Below, piece by piece: positions 37,859 through 49,948 of a DNA stretch of 64,000 bases. The notes under the pieces are model-generated. The model was not told the DNA's origin and did not search any database. It saw only the letters and a program-made list of their open reading frames with translations. The DNA is taken from NCBI GenBank assembly GCA_039586365.1, contig JBDHKN010000008.1, positions 26,721 to 90,720 of the forward strand, given 5' to 3'. The first letter of the stretch is position 1; each line of letters starts with the position of its first letter. The stretch comes from Gemmatimonadota bacterium. GTDB lineage: Bacteria; Gemmatimonadota; Gemmatimonadetes; Gemmatimonadales; GWC2-71-9. Position numbers and translations under genes: made by a program.

Positions 37859-38145
37859 AGCAGTTCCTCAGTGTCTAGTACGAAAGCCTTGAGTCCTTCT
37901 TTTGGCCCGCGTGCATCGCGCAGAGCCGTGAGTTCTAGCTGGAGTCGCTCGATACAGTGGTCCTCCAGAGCGGCGAAGTAGAGGGTGCTCGATCCGGGAA
38001 ACGCTCTGCTACCCAGTTTCCTGCCTGTCGTTCCCTTACCAAGCACGTTGGGTATCTGGCTGTACCCGGGAACATCACATTCCTCGAATAGACGCTCGAT
38101 GTCCTTGTCGTGATCGGCGTCCACGAGCATCATGACCATTTTCAT
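37855..38145 (-). CDS. PII-like transporter-associated protein
   Basis: MKMVMM, GYS.IPNVLGKG.TG, FPG; overlapping stop/start with the RND gene. Confidence 0.65.
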   Translation of the reverse strand: MKMVMMLVDADHDKDIERLFEECDVPGYSQIPNVLGKGTTGRKLGSRAFPGSSTLYFAALEDHCIERLQLELTALRDARGPKEGLKAFVLDTEELL

Positions 38146-41100
38146 TTGTGCATCTCGTAATAAAGGAGTGGAATGGCGACCAGCGTCAACGCGGTGGACA
38201 CAACTGCACCACTGATCAGAGCCATACCCAGCCCTTGGAAGATGGGATCCCTGACCATTACAAACCCGCCAATTACCACGGCTGCGGCCGTGAGAATGAT
38301 GGGACGGGCGCGAATGAGCCCTGATGCAATGACGGCTTCTCTGAGTGACTGTTTTCGCTCGAGTCCGAGCTTAATGAAGTCGACGAGCAAGATCGAGTTG
38401 CGGACGATGATGCCTGCCAGGGCGATCATGCCGATCATCGAGGTTGCGGTGAAGAAGGCTCCGGTAACGGCGTGCGCAGGGAGGATACCGATCAAGGTGA
38501 GCGGTATTGGCGCCATGATAACGAGCGGTATGGTGAAAGACTGGAACCAGGCGACCACCAGCACGTAAATGAGCACCAACACAGCGGCGAACGCGATTCC
38601 TAGGTCACGGAACACATCCAGCGTGATGTCCCACTCGCCGTCCCACACCATGAACGTTTCTTCCGTGAGTGTAGGCGAAGCAGACCAATACACTTCCAGC
38701 TCATCGTCCGCTTCTGACAACGGGTTTCCCATCTCGAGCATGGCATAGGCTGGAGCTTCCAAGCGTCCAGCCACGTCACCAGTGACGTAGACCACCGGCC
38801 TCAGGTTCTTGTGGTGGATGACCATCGGTGCCGGTGCGCTGTCGATTGCGGCAAGGGTGCCCAGCCGCCTGGCGCCGTGCGGTGTCGAGATCGGGAGGCT
38901 CGCTAGGTCGCTGACTGACCCGGCGGTCGAATCGGCGAGCTGTACCCGGATTGCCACTGGTTCGGCGGCGGCTTCGTCGTGTAACAACCCGACCGTCGCG
39001 CCGCCCATCGAGGCTGCTATCGTCTGCGCAATCTCCTGTGGGTTGGTCCCTGCCCGAACTGCTTCCGCCTGTGAAATGACGGCCCGCAGCTCGGCGTGCG
39101 GTGCCGTGACCGTCCAGTCGACGTCTACAACACCGTCGACAGACAGGAAGACGTCGCGCACCTTGCGAGCTGCCTCTACCTGCTCGTCGTAGTTGGGTCC
39201 GTAGATTTCGGCTACGAGCGTTGCTAGCACAGGCGGTCCCGGAGGAATCTCGGCCACCTTGACTGCGGCGCCGTACGCGAGGGCCACTGAATCAATCGCA
39301 GGCCTGAGCCTGAGCGCAATGTCGTGACTCTGCTTGGAGCGCTCATCCTTGGGCAAGAGGTTTACCTGCACGTCCGCGACTGTCGGACCCCGCCGCAAGA
39401 AATAATGTCGCACCAGACCATTGAAGTTGAACGGTGCACCCACACCGGCGTAGGTCTGCACGTCACTGACCGCTCTGTCACCGGCGACCGTGAGAGCCAG
39501 TGCCTGGGCTACTTCCGCAGTGCGCTCTAATGACGTCCCTTCCGGCATGTCGACGATTATCTGGAACTCGCTCTTGTTGTCGAACGGGAGCATCTTGACC
39601 GTGACCAACTTGGTCGGGATCAAGACGACCGAGAGGAGTAGCAACGCGACCATGCCACCGTAGGTGAGCATGCGTCGCCTGGTGTTGCCCAGCAAGCCCT
39701 CCAGCGTGCCTCGGTACCATTCGGCTATGCGTCCGGTGGGAAGTGGTTCCTCCTCCTCGGCGTGGGGTCCAGTCGGGTGCTTTGCAGCGTTTCGCTGGTG
39801 GCCTTTGACGAGCCGTATCGCTAGGAATGGTGTCACTATGAATGCAACTGCCAGGGAAAACAGCATGGCGACCGAAGCGCCCACGGGTATCGGTCGCATG
39901 TAGGGTCCCATCAGACCTGACACGAAGGCCATCGGCAGGATGGCAGCGATCACGGTGAAGGTCGCGAGGATAGTGGGATTACCTACTTCATCCACGGCCA
40001 GCACTGCGGCTTCGTCAGGGTCACGCCTGCCGAGCCCCAGGTGTCTCGCTATGTTCTCCACCACGACGATCGCGTCGTCCACCAGAATTCCGATGGCGAA
40101 TACCAACGCGAACAAGGTGATGCGATTGAGAGTGTAACCATAGAGGCGATAGACCATGAGGGTGAGCGCCAAGGTTACCGGCACAGCCACCAGCACCACA
40201 ACGGCCTCGGGCCAGCCCAGGGTGAGCCAAACCAGCAGTACTACGCCCACGGTAGCGATAAAGATGTGGAACAACAGCTCTTGGGACTTTTCCGTAGCCG
40301 TCTCGCCGTAGTCACGGGTCACGGTGGTGCGGACATCCTCTGACAGTACGCGACCCCGGAGTTCCTCGACGCGATGGATGACTCTGTGGGCGATGGTCGC
40401 TGCGTTCTTGCCCTCGCGTTTTGCGATCGCGATTGTCACGCCTGGCTCGAAGTCCATACCGCTTGCGCCGGCAGCGAGGAAGCCCACGTAGCTGGTGGGG
40501 TCTGCGGGACCGTCCTCCACCAGGGCCACGTCTCGCAGCAAGATGGGTCGTTCGTTGATTACGCCCAGGACGATGCCGCGCACCTGCTCCACATCCCGCA
40601 GCAGGTGACCCACACGTACCGGTATGCTACGGTTGCCCGCCAACAGGTCACCTGCCGGCAACTCGGCGTTGTTGGCCCCGAGCACATGGAGCACAGCAGC
40701 TGCGGAGAGACCTCGGGCGGCCACAGCTTGCGGGTCCAGAGTGACCCGCACCTCACGTGGTGCCCCGCCGATCACCCACGTCTCAGCGACATCGGGAATG
40801 CGCTTTAGTTCGGCTGCCAACTCGGTTGCTTGCTGGCGCAGCAGATACCCATCGCCCGCGTCAGAGCCACCGGAAAGCGTGATTGTGAGAATCGGGACTT
40901 CGTTGATGCCATGCAGTGTCACCAGCGGCGGCGTTGCTCCCGGCGGGGATTTGTCGGCGTTGGCGAACAGCTTGCCATGGAGCCGCGTGAGCGCGATATC
41001 GGGATCGGTACCCACTTCATAGCGTGCTGTGATCAGTGCACCGTCAGTCTGCGCTGCGCTATAGACATACTCGACTCCCGGGATCTCCCAAATCGCACGT

Positions 41101-41318
41101 TCGAGTGGTTCGACGATGCGGCGCTCGACTTCGCGGGGACTTCCGCCTGGAAGTCCCACCGCAACGTCGATCATCGGCACTCGGATCTGGGGCTCCTCCT
41201 CCCGCGGCGTCGTGAGCAGGCCGCCCACTCCTGCCACCAGCGACGCCCCTATGAGGAGCGGTGTGAGCTTGGAATGGAGAAAACGCTGGGCGACTGCACC
41301 GGAGAAGCCAGTCTTCAT
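38142..41318 (-). CDS. RND efflux transporter permease
   Basis: PREEEPQI, IGILVDDAIVVVENI, GIIVRNSILLVDF, RARPIILT. Confidence 0.95.
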   Translation of the reverse strand: MKTGFSGAVAQRFLHSKLTPLLIGASLVAGVGGLLTTPREEEPQIRVPMIDVAVGLPGGSPREVERRIVEPLERAIWEIPGVEYVYSAAQTDGALITARYEVGTDPDIALTRLHGKLFANADKSPPGATPPLVTLHGINEVPILTITLSGGSDAGDGYLLRQQATELAAELKRIPDVAETWVIGGAPREVRVTLDPQAVAARGLSAAAVLHVLGANNAELPAGDLLAGNRSIPVRVGHLLRDVEQVRGIVLGVINERPILLRDVALVEDGPADPTSYVGFLAAGASGMDFEPGVTIAIAKREGKNAATIAHRVIHRVEELRGRVLSEDVRTTVTRDYGETATEKSQELLFHIFIATVGVVLLVWLTLGWPEAVVVLVAVPVTLALTLMVYRLYGYTLNRITLFALVFAIGILVDDAIVVVENIARHLGLGRRDPDEAAVLAVDEVGNPTILATFTVIAAILPMAFVSGLMGPYMRPIPVGASVAMLFSLAVAFIVTPFLAIRLVKGHQRNAAKHPTGPHAEEEEPLPTGRIAEWYRGTLEGLLGNTRRRMLTYGGMVALLLLSVVLIPTKLVTVKMLPFDNKSEFQIIVDMPEGTSLERTAEVAQALALTVAGDRAVSDVQTYAGVGAPFNFNGLVRHYFLRRGPTVADVQVNLLPKDERSKQSHDIALRLRPAIDSVALAYGAAVKVAEIPPGPPVLATLVAEIYGPNYDEQVEAARKVRDVFLSVDGVVDVDWTVTAPHAELRAVISQAEAVRAGTNPQEIAQTIAASMGGATVGLLHDEAAAEPVAIRVQLADSTAGSVSDLASLPISTPHGARRLGTLAAIDSAPAPMVIHHKNLRPVVYVTGDVAGRLEAPAYAMLEMGNPLSEADDELEVYWSASPTLTEETFMVWDGEWDITLDVFRDLGIAFAAVLVLIYVLVVAWFQSFTIPLVIMAPIPLTLIGILPAHAVTGAFFTATSMIGMIALAGIIVRNSILLVDFIKLGLERKQSLREAVIASGLIRARPIILTAAAVVIGGFVMVRDPIFQGLGMALISGAVVSTALTLVAIPLLYYEMHK

Positions 41319-42340
41319 AGAACCACCCTCTCACCCGGCTCCAGGCCACTGAGCACCTCAACACGAGGTTCAGCCTGGTCGTCGCCGGAAGTGAGTGGGG
41401 CCACCGTACGGCCGAGGCGCACCCAACGAACCAGTTCGCCAGCCGGGGTCAGGACACGTACTCCTGTCAGTTGGCCGCGGCGAATAACGGCTCGCTCTGG
41501 CACGGCAACTCCCAACCGAGTCCCGGCGGGTACCAGAGCGGTGAGCGAGACGCCGGTCGGCCAATCCGCTGGCAGCACAGCGCGTACCTGTACAGTGCGG
41601 GTCATGGGGTCAGCCCCGGATGCGACGGCTCGCACCTCAGCTACAGTACTGAGACCGTCACCGGCACTCACGGCGATTCCCGAGCCCACCGCGACATGAC
41701 CCGCAATGTCAGCTGGAACAGCAATGACAGCCTCGCGAGCTCCGTCGGCATCCACCACAATCAACGGCATACCTGGTGCAGCGAGGTCACCCTCGTTGAT
41801 GTGGCGGGCAACAACCGATCCGGTGAAAGGCGCTGCGATAGCGGCATAGCGGTTGGCGGTCTCGACCTCTGTGAGCGTGGCCTCTGCCATGGTGAGTTGT
41901 GCCTCGGCCTGCGTAAGCTGCAGCCTGGCGCCGTCGCGCTGGACCCGGGCAACCGCGTCCTGCGCGAAGAGCGTGTCCATTCTGGCCGCATGCCGCGCGG
42001 CTTCAGCTGCGGCCGCACGCGCGGCCCGCACCGCGGCATCCGCCTTGGCACGATTCGCCGCGATGTCCTCGGTGCCCAGCCGAAGCAATGTCTGGCCGGC
42101 CCGCACTCGGTCACCGACCTCAACGGGTATCGCCGTGACGCGAGCCATCATTCGGGTCGAGAGGGCAGCGCGACGCCGCGCTTCCACGTTTCCCACGACG
42201 GGCAGCACGGCTACGAGTGATTCGGCCTGTACCGTAATGGTGGCCCTGCTCGATTCGACCGGCTCCGCCGGCACGGGGGCCTCGGGGCCGCAGGCTGCGA
42301 CACCAAGCGCCAGAACTGAGAGGGAGATCCGTTTGATCAT
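41315..42340 (-). CDS. RND membrane fusion protein (lipoprotein)
   Basis: VAAC lipobox, VGDRVRAGQ, IAAPFTG, VEVLSGL. Confidence 0.9.
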   Translation of the reverse strand: MIKRISLSVLALGVAACGPEAPVPAEPVESSRATITVQAESLVAVLPVVGNVEARRRAALSTRMMARVTAIPVEVGDRVRAGQTLLRLGTEDIAANRAKADAAVRAARAAAAEAARHAARMDTLFAQDAVARVQRDGARLQLTQAEAQLTMAEATLTEVETANRYAAIAAPFTGSVVARHINEGDLAAPGMPLIVVDADGAREAVIAVPADIAGHVAVGSGIAVSAGDGLSTVAEVRAVASGADPMTRTVQVRAVLPADWPTGVSLTALVPAGTRLGVAVPERAVIRRGQLTGVRVLTPAGELVRWVRLGRTVAPLTSGDDQAEPRVEVLSGLEPGERVVL

Positions 42341-43653
42341 CGATCATTCACTCCGTAAGCGAAGTCCAGTCCCGCCTGTGCCACGAACAGGTCCCGGCGG
42401 GCGGTGTGCATGTTGAGGGTCGCCTGGGTGGCGGCCGCTTGGACATCCAGTAGTTCCGTTATCGGTGCGGCACCGGTGCTGTAGCGCAAGCGTGCCTGTG
42501 CGAGTGCTTCCTGAGCTTCTCGGTCGCCGGCTTCCGCGACGGTGACGGCTTGGCTTGCGGCAGCCAGCATGCGTTGTGCGCTCAGAACCTCGAGTGCGGC
42601 CTGGCGCTCGGCGGCCTCCTGCCTGGCGACAGCCACACCATGTTCAGTCTTGGCGCGTCGAACTGCTCCAACTCCCGACAGGCCGGGGAACAAGTTCCAC
42701 CGCAAACCGATGCCGACGGTCCAATCTCCGCTGCCTTCACCCCAGGGAGACGATCTGCCGTAATAGCCGAACGATCCGAACAGCGCTATGCTGGGGAAGT
42801 TCTTGGACCAGGCGCTGCGAATCATGGCGCTGGCAGCGTCACTTCCGAGCTTGAATGCTGTTAGATCGCCCCGCTCGCCGATGCTGCACTCGGCTGCCGC
42901 AGAGTCACATTGCGCGTTGCCCAGTCCTTCCAGTGAGTCCGTCAACACAACGGGTTGAGATTCGGAAAGAGCCAACAGTGCGCGGAGTGCTGAGATGGCG
43001 TTCTCGGCTGCGGCCGACGCAGCCAGGAGTCGAGTCTCGACGGCCGCCGACTGGACCCGTGCCATGCGCGCATCCAACCCGGTTACCAAACCTTGTTCCT
43101 GTAACGCTTCCGCTTGTGATGCGTGAGCCCGGGCGGCTTGCAGAGCGATTTCGAGTGTCGCCGCACGTCTGGCAGCCAGGTGGGCATCCCAATACGCCTG
43201 GGTGACGATGAATGTGGTGGCCCCGGCGGCTCGTTCGGCGGCGGCGGCCCGGGCGGTGGCGCCACGCCTCGCAGCCGCGTATCCGAACAGGCCTTCCGGC
43301 GCGAGTATGGGCAACTCGACAGTGGCCACCGAGTTCCAACCGCCATAGGGGTTGGGGCGGTTCAGCGCGTCGAGCGAGAGATCCTCGGCCTGGAAATTCT
43401 CCTGGCGCAACTTCAATCCGAAAGCACCCACCGGATCAGTGGTTCGTAGACCCTGCAAGTCAAACTGAACGTTCGGTAGGAACGCACGGCTGGCGTCAAG
43501 GGGACCCTGTGCTGCCCCGCGAGCCTCCGCCCGCTCGGCCAGTAGGGTCGGATTGTGCCGCTGCGCTCGGTCCAGCGCGGCCTGGAGTGACAAGTGAAGG
43601 GTATCGCTTGCCGGTGACTGAACCGCTAGTAATAGACTAATAGCTATGATCAT
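42337..43653 (-). CDS. TolC family outer membrane protein
   Basis: LSLQAAL..A..HNP, FLP, RYSTG..ELLD; duplicated OEP halves. Confidence 0.9.
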   Translation of the reverse strand: MIIAISLLLAVQSPASDTLHLSLQAALDRAQRHNPTLLAERAEARGAAQGPLDASRAFLPNVQFDLQGLRTTDPVGAFGLKLRQENFQAEDLSLDALNRPNPYGGWNSVATVELPILAPEGLFGYAAARRGATARAAAAERAAGATTFIVTQAYWDAHLAARRAATLEIALQAARAHASQAEALQEQGLVTGLDARMARVQSAAVETRLLAASAAAENAISALRALLALSESQPVVLTDSLEGLGNAQCDSAAAECSIGERGDLTAFKLGSDAASAMIRSAWSKNFPSIALFGSFGYYGRSSPWGEGSGDWTVGIGLRWNLFPGLSGVGAVRRAKTEHGVAVARQEAAERQAALEVLSAQRMLAAASQAVTVAEAGDREAQEALAQARLRYSTGAAPITELLDVQAAATQATLNMHTARRDLFVAQAGLDFAYGVNDR

Positions 43654-43710
43654 ATATCTATGCCCTCAAAAAACCGACGCATTGAGGAGCCGGCAGGTCT
43701 CGCCGGTTCG

Positions 43711-44028
43711 TCAGACGTCGCACTTGCGGATGCACTCCAGAATGTGACGGACTTTGGGCTCCACGACCCGGTAATACACGTGTACTCCGTCGCGTTCGGC
43801 AGCGACGATTCCGTGTCCGCGCATCTTGGCGAGATGCTGGGAGACTATGGCCTGTGGCAGACCGAGTTGTTCCTGGATCTCTGAAACGGTGGCTTCGTTC
43901 AGTTCCAAAACCTCCACGATCTTCAGTCGCTCTGGATGTCCGAGCAGCTTGATCGCCTCGGCAGCCCGGGAAAGGGCCGCTGGATCGATGCCTCGGAGCA
44001 GGCGTGTTTTCTTGGTCTTTGTCGGCAT
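43711..44028 (-). CDS. ArsR/SmtB family regulator with C-terminal CxxxC
   Basis: LGHPERLKI, VSQHLAKMR, R.G..VYY, CIRKC. Confidence 0.9.
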   Translation of the reverse strand: MPTKTKKTRLLRGIDPAALSRAAEAIKLLGHPERLKIVEVLELNEATVSEIQEQLGLPQAIVSQHLAKMRGHGIVAAERDGVHVYYRVVEPKVRHILECIRKCDV

Positions 44029-44036
44029 GTCGAAAT

Positions 44037-44065
44037 ATAGTAATAGCAATAAACATATATGTCAA
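44037..44065 (-). promoter_or_regulatory. Near-consensus sigma70 promoter TTGACA-N17-TACTAT
   Basis: Read directly on the minus strand, 8 nt upstream of the arsR ATG. Confidence 0.75.
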
Positions 44066-44152
44066 GAGACCACATTCAGATGCGTGGGGACGCCGGGGGA
44101 TGGTGGCGACGCAATGATAGGCGGAAGCCGGAGCTATTGTCGCACAGCAGAA

Positions 44153-44178
44153 GACCCCGGGGCTGGCTGGCCGGGGTC
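44153..44178 (-). terminator. Terminator-like hairpin after gyrB
   Basis: GACCCCGG / CCGGGGTC stem followed by TTCT on the minus strand. Confidence 0.5.
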
Positions 44179-44224
44179 CGGTTCATGAGTACCCGATTCC
44201 GCCTGCGGCACCTAGCTTCCGAGG

Positions 44225-46204
<1,980 letters not shown>

Positions 46205-46345
46205 TTAGAGGTCCGCTAAATATACCTACCTGCGGGTGCTAAATCAATGGGACGGACGTGAGTTAACAGTTTGTTAGATATGAACTTAGAGATGTGGTCC
46301 GGGACCGCAACAAGCGGCGGGGCCTGCGCCGACGAGCAGCGTGCT

Positions 46346-46639
46346 TCACTCCGCCATCCACATGATTCTCTTGATCCGCTTGCCCTGCTTCCCCAGCTGC
46401 TTGAGTATCTCGGGCGACATCAGCTGGAGTTCCTGCATCCAGGCCGCGGACTTCACGCTCACGACTAGAGTGCCGTCCCGCAGTACTTCGTGGGGTGTCG
46501 TTACTTCGGCAATCTTGGTTCCCACCAGCTCGGCCCAGTCGGGTACCACGCTCGCTTGGACCATGCGCCGCTTGATGCCTCGGTGCTGAAAGTACTTCTC
46601 GAGCGCCTCGCCCAGAGGCGTGCTACCCTTATTCTTCAA
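46346..46639 (-). CDS. dciA: DUF721/DciA family protein
   Basis: W.ELVG..IA..T.P, LVVSV.SAAWMQEL; between recF and gyrB; TTG start with GGAGG. Confidence 0.8.
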   Translation of the reverse strand: MKNKGSTPLGEALEKYFQHRGIKRRMVQASVVPDWAELVGTKIAEVTTPHEVLRDGTLVVSVKSAAWMQELQLMSPEILKQLGKQGKRIKRIMWMAE

Positions 46640-47699
46640 GCCGCCCTCCGGCCATGCGCCAGCGCGGGCGCTCGAAGAGAACCGAGGGGACCTCGGCGTC
46701 ACGGGGCGCCGTAATGATTGCCTGTCCCGGCAATGACTCGCTAATGAGCTTGAGCAAGCGTTCCTGCCTGTCTTGGTCCAACTCGGCGAACACGTCATCG
46801 AACAACGCGATGGGTGTGGTCCCATGCGATTCAGCCAGCGCCTGAGCCTCGAGCAAGCGGAGCGCGATTGCCGCGGTGCGCTGCTGGCCGGCCGAGCCGT
46901 ACTTTCTCATGTCCTTCTCACCGAGAGTCAGCAGGAGATCGTCACGGTGGGGGCCTACGGTGGTGGTGCCACGCCTCAGATCGCGCTCGATTCTCGCGTG
47001 GAGAGCCCGCTCAATGCCGGCCGCGCCGTCGTGGGGGGTCCAGTGGTGCGAGTAGTATGCGATCCCGCATTTGCGTTGTTCGCCCATCGAACTGCACAGC
47101 TCCGCGTACCGGACTCGCCAGTTTGACACCCACTCGTTTCTGGCCGCCGCGATGCGGTGTGAGGCTTGAGCTGCCGGGCGGTCGAAGGCCTGGGCCGCGG
47201 CGGAGTCTCCCCGCTTGAGAGCTGCATTGCGTTGTCTCAGCGCGGCGCGCAGCTCGGTGAGTGTTTGCAGGTAGCCATCCTCAGAAAGCGACAGGAGCAC
47301 ATCGAGGAAGCGGCGCCGTCCTGCCGGGCCGCCGTCCACCATGTTCCGGTCCGCCGGCGACAACGCCACCGCAGTAATCAATCCCACGGCATCTGCCAGT
47401 TTCTTGACCTCCGCACCGTCGGCGGTGACTTTCTTGCGGCGCCCCGCAACCTCGTATCCCGCCGTTATTCGCGGGCTGGCGTCACCTGCGACGAAGAAGC
47501 CGGCCTCACCAAATCGGACCAATTCGCGATCTTGGGAGCCCCTCAGCGACCGGAACAGCACCAAGTAGTAGATCGCTTCCAGCAGATTGGTCTTGCCCTG
47601 TCCGTTGTCACCGATTACCACGACTCCCCGTGGGGGTATCTCCACGTCGATGGAAGCCAGATTCCTGAAGTTTCGTGTGGTCAGTGCAGCTAGTTCCAC
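46629..47699 (-). CDS. recF: DNA replication/repair protein RecF
   Basis: NFRNL, GDNGQGKTNLLEA, RRRFLD, GPHRDD, SAGQQR, DDVFAELD. Confidence 0.95.
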   Translation of the reverse strand: MELAALTTRNFRNLASIDVEIPPRGVVVIGDNGQGKTNLLEAIYYLVLFRSLRGSQDRELVRFGEAGFFVAGDASPRITAGYEVAGRRKKVTADGAEVKKLADAVGLITAVALSPADRNMVDGGPAGRRRFLDVLLSLSEDGYLQTLTELRAALRQRNAALKRGDSAAAQAFDRPAAQASHRIAAARNEWVSNWRVRYAELCSSMGEQRKCGIAYYSHHWTPHDGAAGIERALHARIERDLRRGTTTVGPHRDDLLLTLGEKDMRKYGSAGQQRTAAIALRLLEAQALAESHGTTPIALFDDVFAELDQDRQERLLKLISESLPGQAIITAPRDAEVPSVLFERPRWRMAGGRLEE

Positions 47700-47721
47700 C
47701 GCGCGCGTACCTCCACATCGT

Positions 47722-47777
47722 ACGGTGAAGGCCTCCACCGTCCCTCACCGTCCCTCACCGTCCCCCACCGTCTCACC
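47722..47777. repeat. Second copy of the hairpin plus 10-mer tandem repeat
   Basis: ACGGTGAAGG-CCTCCACCGT then TCCCTCACCG x2, TCCCCCACCG, TCTCACC. Confidence 0.85.
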
Positions 47778-47791
47778 AACGACAGCATCGC

Positions 47792-48268
47792 CTAGGATAC
47801 CAGTGGCTTGTAGCGGCGTTCCAGCTCCAACAGCTTCCGCTTCAGCTCCAACCCTCCGCCGTACCCGCCGAGCTTGCCACCCGCCGCAACAACGCGGTGG
47901 CAGGGGAGGACGATGGGTATGGGGTTGCGTCCGTTGGCCGAGCCCACCGCGCGGGCCGCCTTGGGGCTTCCAATCTTACGGGCGAGTTCCCCGTAAGTGC
48001 GTGTCTCGCCATAAGGGATCCTTGCCAACTCCTGCCAGACGCGCTGGTTGAAGTCGGTGCCTGCGGGACGCACAGGGAACGTGAAGTCCCTGCGTTTCCC
48101 CGCGAAGTAGTCCCGCAGTTCCCGGGCGACCCGTCGCTCGAACTGGTTCTGAGGGGGGCGCCGGCCGCGGCTGTTGAGGTCTATCCGTGTTACGGCCCCA
48201 CCTGCTGCTGTGACTGCGAGGTTTGTGAGTGCCGTGTCGACCGCGAACGAATCCACTGGTGGCTTCAT
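47792..48268 (-). CDS. ogt: Methylated-DNA-[protein]-cysteine S-methyltransferase
   Basis: IPYGET.TY, ARAVG.AN..NP, PCHRV. Confidence 0.93.
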   Translation of the reverse strand: MKPPVDSFAVDTALTNLAVTAAGGAVTRIDLNSRGRRPPQNQFERRVARELRDYFAGKRRDFTFPVRPAGTDFNQRVWQELARIPYGETRTYGELARKIGSPKAARAVGSANGRNPIPIVLPCHRVVAAGGKLGGYGGGLELKRKLLELERRYKPLVS

Positions 48269-49047
48269 CGTCCCTTGAAATCTGGCTCGCGTTTCTCCAG
48301 GAAAGCGGCAGTCCCTTCGTTCTTGTCCTCGGTGGCGGCGAGCAGTCCGAAGTGGTTGGCCTCGAGCAACAGGCCCTGTTCCAGAGACATATCGAATCCC
48401 TGGTCGACGGCTTCGATCGCCAGTCGCACCGCCAAGGGACCCATGGCGATGATCCCACGCAACGTCTTCTCGGCCTCTTCCAGCAGCTGGTCGGCGGGCA
48501 CGACCTTGTTCACCAACCCCATGCTGAGTGCTTCGTCAGCCTTCAGCATCCGCCCGGTGAGTATCAGGTCGAGCGCCCGGCCCTTGCCCACGAGCCGAGG
48601 CAGTCGTTGAGTGCCGCCGTAGCCCGGCGCAAGTCCCAGCTTTACCTCAGGCTGGCCGAACGCTGCCTTATCACTTGCGATGCGGAGATGGCAGGCCATC
48701 GCGAGTTCGCAGCCACCACCCAGGGCGAACCCGTTGATGGCGGCGATGACCGGTTTGCCACACGTCTCGATTTGGCGGAACACCGCCTGACCTTGGAGAG
48801 CTTGGTCCTTTCCGTCGAATGGACCCAACTCGGCGAGTTCGGCAATGTCGGCTCCCGCCACAAAAGCCTTGGGGCCTGCACCGGTCAAGATCGCTCCCGC
48901 AACGTCGCTGCGGCAGGCGACCTCGTCAGCGGCGAGGCTCAGTTCCTCCAATACCGCATCGTTCAGCGCGTTGAGCTTGTCGGGTCGGTTGATGGTGACG
49001 AAAGCGATTCTGTCCTTGACTTCCAGAGTGATTGATTGGTATGACAT
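48265..49047 (-). CDS. Enoyl-CoA hydratase / crotonase
   Basis: NRPDKLNALN, AFVAGADI, GFALGGGCELA, FGQPEVKLG. Confidence 0.93.
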   Translation of the reverse strand: MSYQSITLEVKDRIAFVTINRPDKLNALNDAVLEELSLAADEVACRSDVAGAILTGAGPKAFVAGADIAELAELGPFDGKDQALQGQAVFRQIETCGKPVIAAINGFALGGGCELAMACHLRIASDKAAFGQPEVKLGLAPGYGGTQRLPRLVGKGRALDLILTGRMLKADEALSMGLVNKVVPADQLLEEAEKTLRGIIAMGPLAVRLAIEAVDQGFDMSLEQGLLLEANHFGLLAATEDKNEGTAAFLEKREPDFKGR

Positions 49048-49315
49048 GGTCGTTCTGGGCTTCCAGTCGAATTGTAGTTTTCATTGGGCATGGGAAAGAT
49101 ATAGACGGTGCAGCGCAGCGGCAGAGCGTCACACAGGAGCCGACTGGCGGAGCAACGTCCGCCTGGTGGTGGGCGTTGAAGTCGGTGAGCCGACGAAGCC
49201 AGCACTCAGGGTGCTGCAGGGGATGTCGCGCGCGTCGCCGGCCTGACTGAGAATCCGCCCGCCAGCAGCGCCGGGTCACTGGCGGGTGGGAGTTGGGCCG
49301 AGCTGTGGAGGTCGC

Positions 49316-49948
49316 CTATTCGTCCGGCTGCGGAGTGACCCTCAGGTACGGTTTCTTGGCAACGAGGTTGGGGTACCTCCGTCTGGCATCCGCATCCGGC
49401 ACTCCGAGCGCCACGATCACGTCGTCACCACTTTGCCAGTTGGCCGGAGTGGCAATAGGGTGCCGCTCCGAAAGCTGCAGCGCGTCCAGCACGCGGAGCA
49501 ACTCGGCGAAGTTGCGGCCGACTGATGGTGGATAGGTGAAGGTGAGCTTCACCCTGTTGTCCGGCCCAATCACGAAGACCGACCGCACGGTGAACGTGCT
49601 GTCCGCCTTGGGGTGAATCATGTCGTACATCTGGGCGATCTTCTTGTCGGGGTCGGCAATTACCGGGAAGTTCACCTCATTTCCGGTCACATCCTTCACG
49701 TCCGGTAGCCAACTATGGTGCGAGTCCACGGGATCCACGCTGAGACCGACCACCTTGGTGTTCCGCTTGTCGAACTCCGACTTGAGCCCAGCTGCGGCAC
49801 CGAGTTCGGTGGTGCAGACTGGAGTGAAATCAGCCGGGTGCGAGAAGAGCACTGCCCAGCTGTCACCCTTCCACGCGTGGAAATTGATAGGTCCTTCGGT
49901 CGTGTCTGCCTGGAAATTGGGGGCTTCGTCACCTAGACGTATGGTCAT
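49316..49948 (-). CDS. 1-Cys peroxiredoxin (Prx6 type)
   Basis: FSHPADFTPVCTTE, YPPSVGRNF, TPANW. Confidence 0.93.
   Translation of the reverse strand: MTIRLGDEAPNFQADTTEGPINFHAWKGDSWAVLFSHPADFTPVCTTELGAAAGLKSEFDKRNTKVVGLSVDPVDSHHSWLPDVKDVTGNEVNFPVIADPDKKIAQMYDMIHPKADSTFTVRSVFVIGPDNRVKLTFTYPPSVGRNFAELLRVLDALQLSERHPIATPANWQSGDDVIVALGVPDADARRRYPNLVAKKPYLRVTPQPDE

Noticed and set aside
40830..42220. Long plus-strand ORFs opposite the RND/MFP genes, and similar shadow ORFs elsewhere
   Set aside because: Antisense shadows expected in GC-rich coding DNA, with no protein motifs
46261..46287. dif-like site upstream of gyrB (TGTTAACT arm on the minus strand)
   Set aside because: Poor match and spacing to the 28-bp XerC/D consensus; more likely an AT-rich gyrB promoter
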